The notes beneath the pieces were generated by a model. The model saw nothing but the letters and a program-made list of their open reading frames with translations, was not told the DNA's origin and did no database searches. From an uncultured Chromatiales bacterium (GTDB lineage Bacteria; Pseudomonadota; Gammaproteobacteria; CBFCYW01): a DNA stretch of 64,000 bases. The stretch is from positions 5,486 through 69,485 of the forward strand of contig CBFCYW010000005.1 of the NCBI GenBank assembly GCA_965602395.1, written 5' to 3'. This document shows positions 1-8,247 of this stretch, piece by piece (within the stretch, counting starts at the first letter, position 1; each line of letters begins with the position of its first letter). Position numbers and translations under genes: made by a program.

Positions 1-2
1 GC

Positions 3-272
3 GAAGCGCTGCTCGAACCGCTGTCGCGCCAGCCCTGGGATGGCCCCATCGAGGCGGCCGGTGCCCGGCAGGCGAGCGTCGCCGTGGTGTTTCGTTTCGA
101 CGGTCTCGGCGAAGCGCAGAGCCACCTGCATTTCGACGCCCGCGGGCGGCCGGTGCAGATTCGCGACGGCGTCGCCCATCGCCTGCTCGGCGGCAGGATC
201 GGCCTGCGCTTCGCCGGTCACCGGCGCATCATCCGCGTGCTGCCGCTCAGCGGCCGGGTGGTGCTGCAGTGA
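3..272 (+). CDS. C-terminal fragment of an upstream gene (5' end outside window). Last gene before the pilus minor-pilin genes; function unknown.
   Basis: Open frame from window edge to TGA at 270-272; GC3-rich codons; its stop overlaps the GTG start of the next gene (GTGA), typical operon coupling. No recognisable motif. Confidence 0.3.
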   Translation, partial: EALLEPLSRQPWDGPIEAAGARQASVAVVFRFDGLGEAQSHLHFDARGRPVQIRDGVAHRLLGGRIGLRFAGHRRIIRVLPLSGRVVLQ

Positions 273-739
273 GCGCGCATCGCCAGCGTGGTCTCGGCTA
301 CATCGAAGTGATCCTCGCCGCGGCGCTGCTGGCGCTGGCGCTGGTGCCGGCGCTGGATGCGCTGCGCAGCGCGTTGTCAATCGCTGCGCACAGCGCCGAT
401 CTGCAGCAGCGCCAGCTGGCGCGGCGGGCGCGGATGGAGGCGGTGCTCGCCGAGCCCTTTGGCGCGCTGCTCGCCGAGGCCGCGTTGCACAACGACGCGC
501 GCGCCGCGAGCCGCTGGTCCGACCCGCCGGGCAGCGCGGGGCGCCTGCTGGTGCAGCTGCAGCTGCACGACTTCGGCAACCTCGATGGCGACGGCGACTC
601 CGCGACCATCGCCGACCCGGATCTGGATGGCGACGCCAACCCCTACAGCGGCGATGACAGCCCGGTGGACGCCCTGCGCGTGCGCGTGCTGGACGAAGAC
701 GGCGGCGCTGTGCTGGACGCCCTGAGCCTGCGTCGATGA
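269..739 (+). CDS. Type IV pilus minor pilin-like protein (prepilin-type N-terminal domain)
   Basis: 156 aa. N-terminus RGLGYIEVILAAALLALALV resembles the prepilin cleavage/methylation motif (G-F/Y-x-x-I/L-E followed by a hydrophobic helix). Sits in an operon with other pseudopilins. Confidence 0.5.
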   Translation: MSAHRQRGLGYIEVILAAALLALALVPALDALRSALSIAAHSADLQQRQLARRARMEAVLAEPFGALLAEAALHNDARAASRWSDPPGSAGRLLVQLQLHDFGNLDGDGDSATIADPDLDGDANPYSGDDSPVDALRVRVLDEDGGAVLDALSLRR

Positions 740-757
740 GCCTGCGTCAATGAGCCT

Positions 758-1762
758 GTGCCGATGAACCGCGCGCGTCGTGTCAGTGGCCGTCGCCAGC
801 GCGGCCTCAGTCTGCTGGAGCTGCTCATCGCCACGCTCATCGGCGGCCTGCTGATGGTCGCCGTGGACGGCGTCATCGGCGCCGCCCTGGCGCTGCGCGA
901 GGAGGCCGGTGCGCAGCATCGTTTGGCGCGCGCCGGCGCCTTCGCCATGCAGCGCATGCTCGACGCCGCGGCGCACAGTCCCGGGCTGATCCTGCCGCTG
1001 CGCGACAAGCCCGACACCGCCATCGCCGAGCACATCCGCGATGGTCGCCAGCCACCAACCCGGATCGGCAGCTATTTCGGCATGCCGCTGTACGCCAGCG
1101 GCGTGCTGGCACTGCGCCTGCCGCGCCATCTCGACCTCGATGCCGACGGCATCGCCGACGCCGACAACGACGGCGACGGCCGCTTCGATGAAGACCTGCC
1201 CGCCGACGCCAGCAACGACAACGACAACGGCGTGCGCAACATCGACGACAACGACAACGGCTTTATCGACGCCGCCACCTGGATGCGCGCGGACGACGAC
1301 GAGGACGCCAGCCAGAGCGAGGACCCGATCAACGGCATCGACGACGACGGCGACAACAATTTCGACGAGGACCCCGGTGCGGACATGAACGGCGACGGCG
1401 CGCCCGGCGTGCGCGGCATCGATGACGATGGCGACGGTGCGGTCGATGAGGGCGACGCGGCCGATGACGACGAGGATGGCCGCGTCGATGAAGACTGGCT
1501 CGACCCGCTGGTGTTCTACCTGCGCGATGGCCGGCTCCTCGAGCAGACGCCACTGCCCTGGGATGCCGACGGCGATGGCGATATCGATGGTCGCGACACC
1601 GCCACCGAAGTCCTGCTGGAGGGTGTGACGCGCTTTCGCGTCGAGCGCGTGGCGCTGCCCGGCGGTCGCGACGAGCTGATCGACATTCTGCTCGAATACC
1701 GTGTTGATGGGGTTCGCAGCCACAGTTTGAGCGCCAGCGTGCGCATCGGCGGTGGCCTGTGA
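758..1762 (+). CDS. Pseudopilin (PilW/MshO-like) carrying an extended aspartate-rich Ca-binding-loop-like repeat region
   Basis: 334 aa. N-terminus RGLSLLELLIATLIGGLLMVAV is a prepilin-type motif. Residues about 125-285 hold more than 10 DxDxDG / DxDxNG loops (DADGIAD, DNDGDGRFDED, DDDGDNNFDED, DADGDGDIDGRD). GTG start at 758, ATG alternative at 764. Confidence 0.6.
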   Translation: MPMNRARRVSGRRQRGLSLLELLIATLIGGLLMVAVDGVIGAALALREEAGAQHRLARAGAFAMQRMLDAAAHSPGLILPLRDKPDTAIAEHIRDGRQPPTRIGSYFGMPLYASGVLALRLPRHLDLDADGIADADNDGDGRFDEDLPADASNDNDNGVRNIDDNDNGFIDAATWMRADDDEDASQSEDPINGIDDDGDNNFDEDPGADMNGDGAPGVRGIDDDGDGAVDEGDAADDDEDGRVDEDWLDPLVFYLRDGRLLEQTPLPWDADGDGDIDGRDTATEVLLEGVTRFRVERVALPGGRDELIDILLEYRVDGVRSHSLSASVRIGGGL

Positions 1763-4700
1763 GCGGCGCCGCCGATACCCGCGGACAGCGCGTGGCCGCC
1801 GCCAGCCGCGGCGCGCACAGGCGCCGTGCAGATGGCTTCGTGCTGATCTCGGTGCTGCTGGCGATCAGCCTGCTGGCGGCGCTGGTCGCGGCCTTGAACC
1901 TGCAGGCCGGCGGCAACCTGTCGGGCGATGCCGAGCTGCGCCGCCAGCAGCTCGACTATCTGTTGCAGGCCGGCGCCGGCCATGCCCAGTGGCTGCTGGC
2001 CAACGCCGGCTGCGCCGCTTACGCGCTGCCCGAGCAGCGCTTCGGCACCGGCAGTTACAGCGCCAGCTTCAGCCCGCAGCAGGGCTCGCCGGTGCGCTTG
2101 CAGATCAAAGCCGCGCTGGACGACGGCCCGAGCGGCCAATTGCTGCGCGATGCGATGCCCGCCTATCAGCCCGGCGAGCGCCTGCTGCTCGACCCCGGGG
2201 CGGCGCTCAAAGAGGCCTACATCCACGAGTCGAACAGCGACCACAACCACGGCGATAGCGATCACCTGCGGCTGGACGACGACGATTCGCGCTACTACGC
2301 GCTGATCGAATTCGATCTCGACGCGCTGCCCGAGCAGAGCCACGTCAGCTCGGCACAGCTCGGTCTGTCGCTGCAATCGCTGGACGGCGATGGCGGTGAG
2401 GATGGCGCGATCACCGCCTATCGCCTGCTGCAGCCGTGGAGCGAGAGCGAGGCCAGTTGGGATCAGGCCGATGATGGCCGCGCCTGGAGCTGGCCGGCGG
2501 CCTACGACGCCGTCGCCCCGGTGGCGCGCGTCGATTTCGCCGGCGCAAGCCCTGGCCAGCGCTACCGCTGGGACATCACCGAACTGCTGCGCGGCTGGCA
2601 CAGCGGGCGCTACCCGAACCACGGTCTGGTGCTGATCGCCAGCGGCGGGATCGACGACGCCCGGTTCGCCAGCGGTGACGCCAAAGACCCGCAGCTGCGC
2701 CCGCGCCTGCAGATCGACCACGCCTGCGAATGCGGCCGCGATTGCGGTCGCCAGTGCGGCGCCGGCAGCTATCGCGACGATTTCGCCGCAGCCAGCTACG
2801 GCAACCACGATGGCGAGCTGAGCTGGGCCGGCGACTGGCGCGAGCGCGACGGTGCCGGCGGCGGCGCCACTGGTGGCGACGTTTACATCGAATCCGGCCG
2901 GCTGCAGCTCAGCGACAACGCCGCCGCTGGCGCCGCGATCGAGCGCGCGCTGGATCTCTCCGCGGCGGCCTACGCGGTGCTCGAAATGGTCGCCGCGCGC
3001 AGCGCCTTCGACGACCCCGGCAGCGATGGCGTGCTGCTGGAGATCTCCGCCGATGGCGGCGGCAGCTGGTCGCTGCTGGAGGATTTTGCCGCCCAGCCGG
3101 CCGGCGCCAGCCTGCGTCGCCGCTACGACATCGGCGCCTGGCGCAGTGCGGATACGCGTCTGCGGCTGCGCGTGCACAGCGGCTACAGCCAGCCCGACGA
3201 GCACTTCAGCGTCGAGCGTCTGCGGGTGCGCACCGCCTGCGCGCCGATCGCCGCACAGTGCGATGCCAACTACCTGCCGGATGCATTCATCGGCGGTTTC
3301 TCCACCGCGGCGCTGAGCGACGGCTGGGGCCTCAGCTATCTGCCCGGCGGCACGCGGCTGTTCGGCGCGGCCGTTCCGGCGGCCGGTGGCTGGCTGCTGG
3401 TCGACAGCGCCGCTGGCCGGCTCTCGATCACCGATTTCGATGGCAATCCGCTTGGCGGGCTGGATGTCTCGCTCGGCAGGCCGACCGGTGCGGCGTGGAT
3501 CGACACCGGCCCCTGGGCCGGGCATCTGGCCGTCGGCGACGAGAGCAGTGCCGGCGTGTATCTGCTGGATGCCGAGGGCCAGATCCGCCACAGCTTCTCC
3601 ACGCTGGCCTTCACCGACCGGCCGCTGGGCATGGATTTCATCTCCAACACCGCCAGTTGGCAGCACGACGGGCTGCTGCTGATCAGCAGCGACCGCGACC
3701 GCGACGGCGCGCCCGCCGGCGGGATTCACATCAGCGATTTCGACGGCCAGCTGCGCCACAGCCGGTATGCCCAGATGCCCGAGAACCCGATCAACGGCGT
3801 CGCCCATCTGCCGGGCAGCGATCTGGCCTTGCTGGTCTCGGGTTCGCGGCTCGGCATGCTGATGGATCTGACGTTCGGGAGCAACGGCAGTTATGCCACC
3901 GGGGATTTCGGCATCACCGCGCCGCGCGGTGTGGACATCGAGCCGGGCCGCTGTGATCAGACCATTCTCGGCGGCGACAGCGCGTGGCTGCGGCGTCTCA
4001 ATCGCGCCTCCGAAACCAGTTATCTGGACCGGCTGATAGGCGCCGGATACAGCGGCAGCGATGGCCGGCTGGACTGGTCGGTTGGCTGGCTGGAGAGCGG
4101 CGAGTCGGACGGCCCGCAGAGCGGCGAGCTGCGCGTGGCGGACAGCGTGCACTGCGCCAGCGGTCGCTGCCTGCGTATCGGCGGCGAGGGCGACGGCACG
4201 GCGCGCGAAATCGGTGCCCGGCAGCTCGGTCGCGCCGCCAATCTGAATACCTCTATCGACCCGACGAGTTCGGCGTGGCTGAGTTTCGAGCTGGCCGCCG
4301 TGGGCAGCGGCGGCGGTCGGCTGGATCTGCAGGTCAGCGACGGCGGCGGCAGCTGGGTCACGCTGGACAGTTTCACGCTCGATGGCAGCCTGCCGGTGGT
4401 GCCGACCCGACAGCAATACGATGTGCTCGATTACGCCAGCAGCGATTTCCAGCTGCGCTTCAGCTTCACCGGCAACCTGCCGGCCACGGGGCTGGAGGCG
4501 CTGTTCATCGACGATGTGGCGATCGACGTCGAATTTTCCACCGCGCCATCGGGCGATGGTGGCGATGACGGCGGTGGCAGCCCCCCGCCCCCCGGCCCCG
4601 ATCCCGGCGCCTGCGTGGGCGACTACGCCGACAACTTCGTCAGCGCCAGCTACAGCAACAGCGACGGCAGCCTGAACTGGGACAAGCGCTGGGTGGAGGT

Positions 4701-5118
4701 GGCCGAGGGCGATGGGCCTTCAGCCGGCGATATCCGCATCGGCAGATACGATGGCCGCAACGTGCTGCGGCTCAAGGACAACGGTGTCGGCAACGGTGAG
4801 GGGATCTACCGACCGGTGGATCTGAGCGGCTACTCCGGCAGCCCGGTGACGCTCGGCTTCGACTACCGGCGCAGCGGCTTCGACAACGCTAATGACTGGG
4901 TAGCGGTGCAGGTGAGTGCTGACGGCGGCGCCAACTGGGATGAACTGCTGCGCCTGTCCGGCCCGGCCAGCGACAGCACGTCGCAGCTCGCCGAGGTCGA
5001 TCTGAGCCGCTACGCCGGCAGCTCCGTGCGGCTGCGGCTGATGACTTCGCCGCGGCTCGGCAATCTCGATGCGCTGCGCCTCGCCGCGCTGCGCATCGTC
5101 ATCGGCGACTGTCCCTAG
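1759..5118 (+). CDS. Large pilus-associated adhesin-like protein (MshQ/PilY1-like) with a PilX/MshP-like pseudopilin N-terminus
   Basis: 1119 aa. GTG start overlaps the upstream stop. N-terminal hydrophobic segment GFVLISVLLAISLLAALVAALN. A Cys-rich stretch (CECGRDCGRQCG), three ~165-aa internal repeats, and a central G/D-rich region with propeller-like repeats. Lies directly upstream of pilM/N/O/P/Q-like genes. Confidence 0.6.
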   Translation: MSGAADTRGQRVAAASRGAHRRRADGFVLISVLLAISLLAALVAALNLQAGGNLSGDAELRRQQLDYLLQAGAGHAQWLLANAGCAAYALPEQRFGTGSYSASFSPQQGSPVRLQIKAALDDGPSGQLLRDAMPAYQPGERLLLDPGAALKEAYIHESNSDHNHGDSDHLRLDDDDSRYYALIEFDLDALPEQSHVSSAQLGLSLQSLDGDGGEDGAITAYRLLQPWSESEASWDQADDGRAWSWPAAYDAVAPVARVDFAGASPGQRYRWDITELLRGWHSGRYPNHGLVLIASGGIDDARFASGDAKDPQLRPRLQIDHACECGRDCGRQCGAGSYRDDFAAASYGNHDGELSWAGDWRERDGAGGGATGGDVYIESGRLQLSDNAAAGAAIERALDLSAAAYAVLEMVAARSAFDDPGSDGVLLEISADGGGSWSLLEDFAAQPAGASLRRRYDIGAWRSADTRLRLRVHSGYSQPDEHFSVERLRVRTACAPIAAQCDANYLPDAFIGGFSTAALSDGWGLSYLPGGTRLFGAAVPAAGGWLLVDSAAGRLSITDFDGNPLGGLDVSLGRPTGAAWIDTGPWAGHLAVGDESSAGVYLLDAEGQIRHSFSTLAFTDRPLGMDFISNTASWQHDGLLLISSDRDRDGAPAGGIHISDFDGQLRHSRYAQMPENPINGVAHLPGSDLALLVSGSRLGMLMDLTFGSNGSYATGDFGITAPRGVDIEPGRCDQTILGGDSAWLRRLNRASETSYLDRLIGAGYSGSDGRLDWSVGWLESGESDGPQSGELRVADSVHCASGRCLRIGGEGDGTAREIGARQLGRAANLNTSIDPTSSAWLSFELAAVGSGGGRLDLQVSDGGGSWVTLDSFTLDGSLPVVPTRQQYDVLDYASSDFQLRFSFTGNLPATGLEALFIDDVAIDVEFSTAPSGDGGDDGGGSPPPPGPDPGACVGDYADNFVSASYSNSDGSLNWDKRWVEVAEGDGPSAGDIRIGRYDGRNVLRLKDNGVGNGEGIYRPVDLSGYSGSPVTLGFDYRRSGFDNANDWVAVQVSADGGANWDELLRLSGPASDSTSQLAEVDLSRYAGSSVRLRLMTSPRLGNLDALRLAALRIVIGDCP

Positions 5119-5174
5119 CGCGGCACGCGGATTGCCCAACGCCCTCTCGGCTGGGCCACGGCCGGCTCTTAAAC

Positions 5175-6524
5175 GTGACGCCGCAGCTAAAGAAAGGCCC
5201 GTCTATTCCGCTATTTCGGGCAGTCAATCGCCGGATCGATCAGCTCCCGATGCCACCCCTCGCAGACAAACTCTCCGCGCCCGGCGGGCTCTTCGAAGCC
5301 CGCTTCGGGCGCTCGTTCGGCCGGCTGCCAGGCGGGTCGTCCGGGAGGTTGGCAGGCCTGCTGCCCGGCGCGGCGAAGTGGGCAAGCGAGCGCTCCCCCG
5401 TGCCGGGCGAGGAGGCGCGGCACGGCGGCGACGTCGAGATCGGGCCGATCGGCTTCGAGCTGGGCGAGCGCGAACTGCACCTGCTGCAATTGCAGCGCAG
5501 CGGCGGCGAGCTGCGCATCCGCGCCGCGAGCAGCTGCGCTTATCCCTGTGCGCGCGATGAGCTGTGCGCCGCGCCGCGCCGCCTGCGCCGTTTCGTTGCC
5601 GGCGCGCTGGCGGCGCAGCCGTTTAGCGGGCGCTGCGTCGTCGCCTGCACGCCGGTGCACAGCCTGCGCCTGATCATGCTCGAATACACCCTCGACCCGG
5701 GCGAGGACGAGCCGGCACTGATTCTGCGCCAGACGCTGGAGCGGATCGGTGGCTCGCCGGCCGATTGGGTGATCGATTACCTGCCGCTGCGCCGCCGCGT
5801 GCGCGAGGAGCGCAAGCGCGCCGCGCTGGTGGCGGTGGTGCCACACGCCGCCCAGGTAGCCCATCTGGAGCTGTTGCGTCGCGCCGGCCTGCGCGTGCAG
5901 GCGCTGGAGATCGGCCCGCTGGCGATCCGCCGTCTGGTGGTCGCCAGCGGCGCCGCCGAGCGCGGTGAATACCACAACGTGCTGGTCATCAACATCGGCC
6001 CCGACAAAGGCTATCTGACCGTGATTTCCGGGCGTCGCCTGCTGCTCGATCGCGAGATCGCCTTCGGCGAGGCGCAGCTGCTGGCGCGCCTCGGCGCCGC
6101 GCTGCAGATGGACGAGGGCGAAGGCCGGCGCGCGCTGCGGGACTTCGGCTTCGCGGCCCCCGGCGATGCCGATTGCCGCAGCGCGGGCGGGGCGACCGCC
6201 GGGGAGATCGTCGCCGCGCTCACCGAGATCACCCGCCCGGCGTTGCACGAGCTTCGCCGCGAAGTGGACAAGGTGCTGCTCTACCTCGCCGCGCAACTGC
6301 ATGGCGCCGGCGTCGATTCGGTGTATCTGCTCGGCTGTGCGGCGCACTGGCCCGGTGCCTGCGAGTTGTTTGGCGGGCTGCTGCAGCGACCGGTGACGCT
6401 GCTCGATCCGTTCGCGGGGTTTGCCGCCGGCGCCGGTGCGGCGCCCGTCGACGGGCACCCAGCGAGCACCGGCATGGCGCTGGCCGCCGGCTGCGCGCTG
6501 CGCGGGCTGCTGCCGGATGACTGA
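5175..6524 (+). CDS. Type IV pilus assembly protein PilM/MshI-like (actin-like ATPase fold)
   Basis: 449 aa. Position in the pilM-N-O-P-secretin series; the stop overlaps the next gene's start. The central region has the glycine-rich actin-like fold pattern typical of PilM. GTG start; the true start is uncertain. Confidence 0.55.
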   Translation: MTPQLKKGPSIPLFRAVNRRIDQLPMPPLADKLSAPGGLFEARFGRSFGRLPGGSSGRLAGLLPGAAKWASERSPVPGEEARHGGDVEIGPIGFELGERELHLLQLQRSGGELRIRAASSCAYPCARDELCAAPRRLRRFVAGALAAQPFSGRCVVACTPVHSLRLIMLEYTLDPGEDEPALILRQTLERIGGSPADWVIDYLPLRRRVREERKRAALVAVVPHAAQVAHLELLRRAGLRVQALEIGPLAIRRLVVASGAAERGEYHNVLVINIGPDKGYLTVISGRRLLLDREIAFGEAQLLARLGAALQMDEGEGRRALRDFGFAAPGDADCRSAGGATAGEIVAALTEITRPALHELRREVDKVLLYLAAQLHGAGVDSVYLLGCAAHWPGACELFGGLLQRPVTLLDPFAGFAAGAGAAPVDGHPASTGMALAAGCALRGLLPDD

Positions 6525-7176
6525 AATGAACCTGATTCCCGCCGACTACAGTCGGCGCCTGAGCCTGCTGCGCAGCCTGCGCCGCTTCGCCGCGCTGTAC
6601 CTGCTGCTGGCGCTGCTGCTCACCGGCGGGCGCCTGGCGCTGTCGCACGGCATCGAGCAGCACGGTGCGCAGATCGCCGCCGCCAACCGGGCGCGCGCCG
6701 AGCTCTCCCGACAGCGCAGCGAACTGGCCGAGCTGCGCCGCCGCGACGAGCTGCTGCAGGGCTACCTCGATGCCCTCGACGGCCTGCGCGGCGGCACTGC
6801 GGCGCAGGATGTGTTGCGCCTGGTCGATCGCGCGCTGAACCCCGGCGTGTGGTTCAGCGAGTGGCGCTTCTCCCGCGCCGGCGAGCGCGCCGATGCCGAC
6901 AGCGGCGCGGTGCGCGCCGGCTATTTCATCGTTCTGCCCGCGTCGCCGGGCGATGACGAGAGCACGGCCTGGCGTCTGCGCAGCCGCATGCAATTGCGTG
7001 CCCACGCCCTCGATCACGCGGCGATGGCCGACTTCATGCGCCGTCTCGGCGAGCAGCCGCGGGTCGCCAGCGTGCGCCTGCTGAGCAGTCAGCGCGGTGC
7101 GCGCGGCGCGGCGCTGGATTTCGATCTGGCGCTGGTGCTGCGCCCGCCGGCAGCGGCTGCGGGGGCTGGCTGGTGA
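6517..7176 (+). CDS. PilN/MshI2-like pilus assembly protein
   Basis: Starts MTEMNLIPADYSRR (PilN proteins typically begin MxxINLLP), then a single TM helix and a coiled coil. The ATG overlaps the upstream stop by 8 nt. The longer ORF from 6421 was rejected as a start. Confidence 0.6.
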   Translation: MTEMNLIPADYSRRLSLLRSLRRFAALYLLLALLLTGGRLALSHGIEQHGAQIAAANRARAELSRQRSELAELRRRDELLQGYLDALDGLRGGTAAQDVLRLVDRALNPGVWFSEWRFSRAGERADADSGAVRAGYFIVLPASPGDDESTAWRLRSRMQLRAHALDHAAMADFMRRLGEQPRVASVRLLSSQRGARGAALDFDLALVLRPPAAAAGAGW

Positions 7177-7790
7177 ACGCGCTGCTGGATCAGATATCGC
7201 CGCGCTCGCTGTGGCTGGCGATGGGCGCCTTGTTCGGGCTGAGCCTGCTCGGCAGCTATCTGTACGTCTATCGCGATGCCCTCGGCGACTACCTGCGGCT
7301 GCGCGCAGCCAACGCGGCAGCGCTGGTCGAGCCGGGCGCTGCCGCCGCGTCGTCCGGCGCGGACACTATCGAAGCCGAGCTGGCGGCGGCGCACAGCAGA
7401 CTGCTGGCGCGACGCGAAGCCTTGCTCGGCAGCGGTGCCGGGCTGCCGCCGGAGGCGGTGGTGCCGTTTGTGATCGGCGAGCTGGACCAGCTGTCGCGCC
7501 GCCACCGGGTGCGCTTTGACGGCGTTACCCCGGGCGAGCTGCGGCGCGTCATGCAATTTGAGGAGCAATCCTTCGAGATCAGCGTGCGCGGCGATTATTT
7601 CAATCTCTACGCCTGGCTGCGCGATGTGGAGCGCGCGCTGCGGCCGATGCTGGTCAAGCACTTCGAGCTGCGCCCGCTGGCTGACAGCGATGGTGGCGTG
7701 GTGATGCGTCTGCAGGTGGTGTCGTATCGCCTGCCCGATGAGTTGTCTGCGGCGCTGACCGGAATTGCCGAGAGCGGTGCGCAGCGATGA
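7173..7790 (+). CDS. PilO/MshJ-like pilus assembly protein
   Basis: 205 aa. GTGA overlap with the upstream gene. One N-terminal TM helix, then a coiled-coil domain; the order is conserved with PilN and PilP. Confidence 0.5.
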   Translation: MNALLDQISPRSLWLAMGALFGLSLLGSYLYVYRDALGDYLRLRAANAAALVEPGAAAASSGADTIEAELAAAHSRLLARREALLGSGAGLPPEAVVPFVIGELDQLSRRHRVRFDGVTPGELRRVMQFEEQSFEISVRGDYFNLYAWLRDVERALRPMLVKHFELRPLADSDGGVVMRLQVVSYRLPDELSAALTGIAESGAQR

Positions 7791-7815
7791 CAGCGGTAGC
7801 GATGGAGTTGTGGCC

Positions 7816-8244
7816 ATGAGATCGCTGCCGGCGCCAGCACTGCCGCTATCGCTGGCACTGATGCTGTTGGCATCGCCGGGGCCGTTGGCTGCGGCCGCAC
7901 AGACCGCGCCCGACGATTCGCCTGGCGAGGCGCGCGGCGACCCGGGTGGTGGCCTGGAAAGTGATCCGGCGGCGCTGCGCCACAATCCGTTTCAGCAGCC
8001 CGCGACACCCGCCGAGCTGCCTGCGCCGCGCGCTCCGGCGGGCGGCGGCGGGATGCGCATCGGTGACGATTGGCAGCCCGAATTGCGCGCGGTGCTACAG
8101 GCCGGCGATGCCTCGCTGGCCAATGTCGACGGTCAGGTACTGGCGGTCGGTGAGCGCATCCGCGGCTACCGGCTGATTCAAGTGGGCGAGCGCAGCGCCG
8201 TGCTGGCGCGCGGCGCCCGGCGGCTCGAACTGAGCCTGGAGTAG
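7816..8244 (+). CDS. PilP/MshK-like pilus assembly lipoprotein or periplasmic protein
   Basis: ATG at 7816 gives MRSLPAPALPLSLALMLLASPGPLAAAAQ (signal peptide). The C-terminal RGYRLIQVGERSAVL beta-domain is PilP-like. Lies immediately before the secretin. Confidence 0.5.
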   Translation: MRSLPAPALPLSLALMLLASPGPLAAAAQTAPDDSPGEARGDPGGGLESDPAALRHNPFQQPATPAELPAPRAPAGGGGMRIGDDWQPELRAVLQAGDASLANVDGQVLAVGERIRGYRLIQVGERSAVLARGARRLELSLE

Positions 8245-8247
8245 ATT

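Noticed and set aside
40-657. 205-aa plus-strand ORF, and other short Ala/Arg/Pro-rich ORFs throughout the track (for example 2730-3956, 10597-11592, 26354-27301)
   Set aside because: Out-of-frame overlap with better-supported genes. Low-complexity composition. No start context.
1516-4416. 966-aa ORF on the minus strand opposite the 1119-aa adhesin gene. Similar long antisense ORFs: 8095-9531 (-), 13626-16541 (-), 25209-26795 (+), 35875-38406 (-), 39326-40909 (+), 42440-44038 (+), 47012-48154 (+), 52004-53641 (+) and 62833-63840 (-).
   Set aside because: Ala/Arg/Gly/Gln/His-rich composition is typical of antisense frames in a genome of about 70% GC. No motifs. The opposite strand carries motif-bearing genes with strong GC3 bias.
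6421-6516. Upstream extension of the PilN-like ORF (start at 6421)
   Set aside because: It would overlap PilM-like by about 100 nt in another frame. The ATG at 6517 gives the canonical MxxNLIP PilN N-terminus with ATGA-type coupling.
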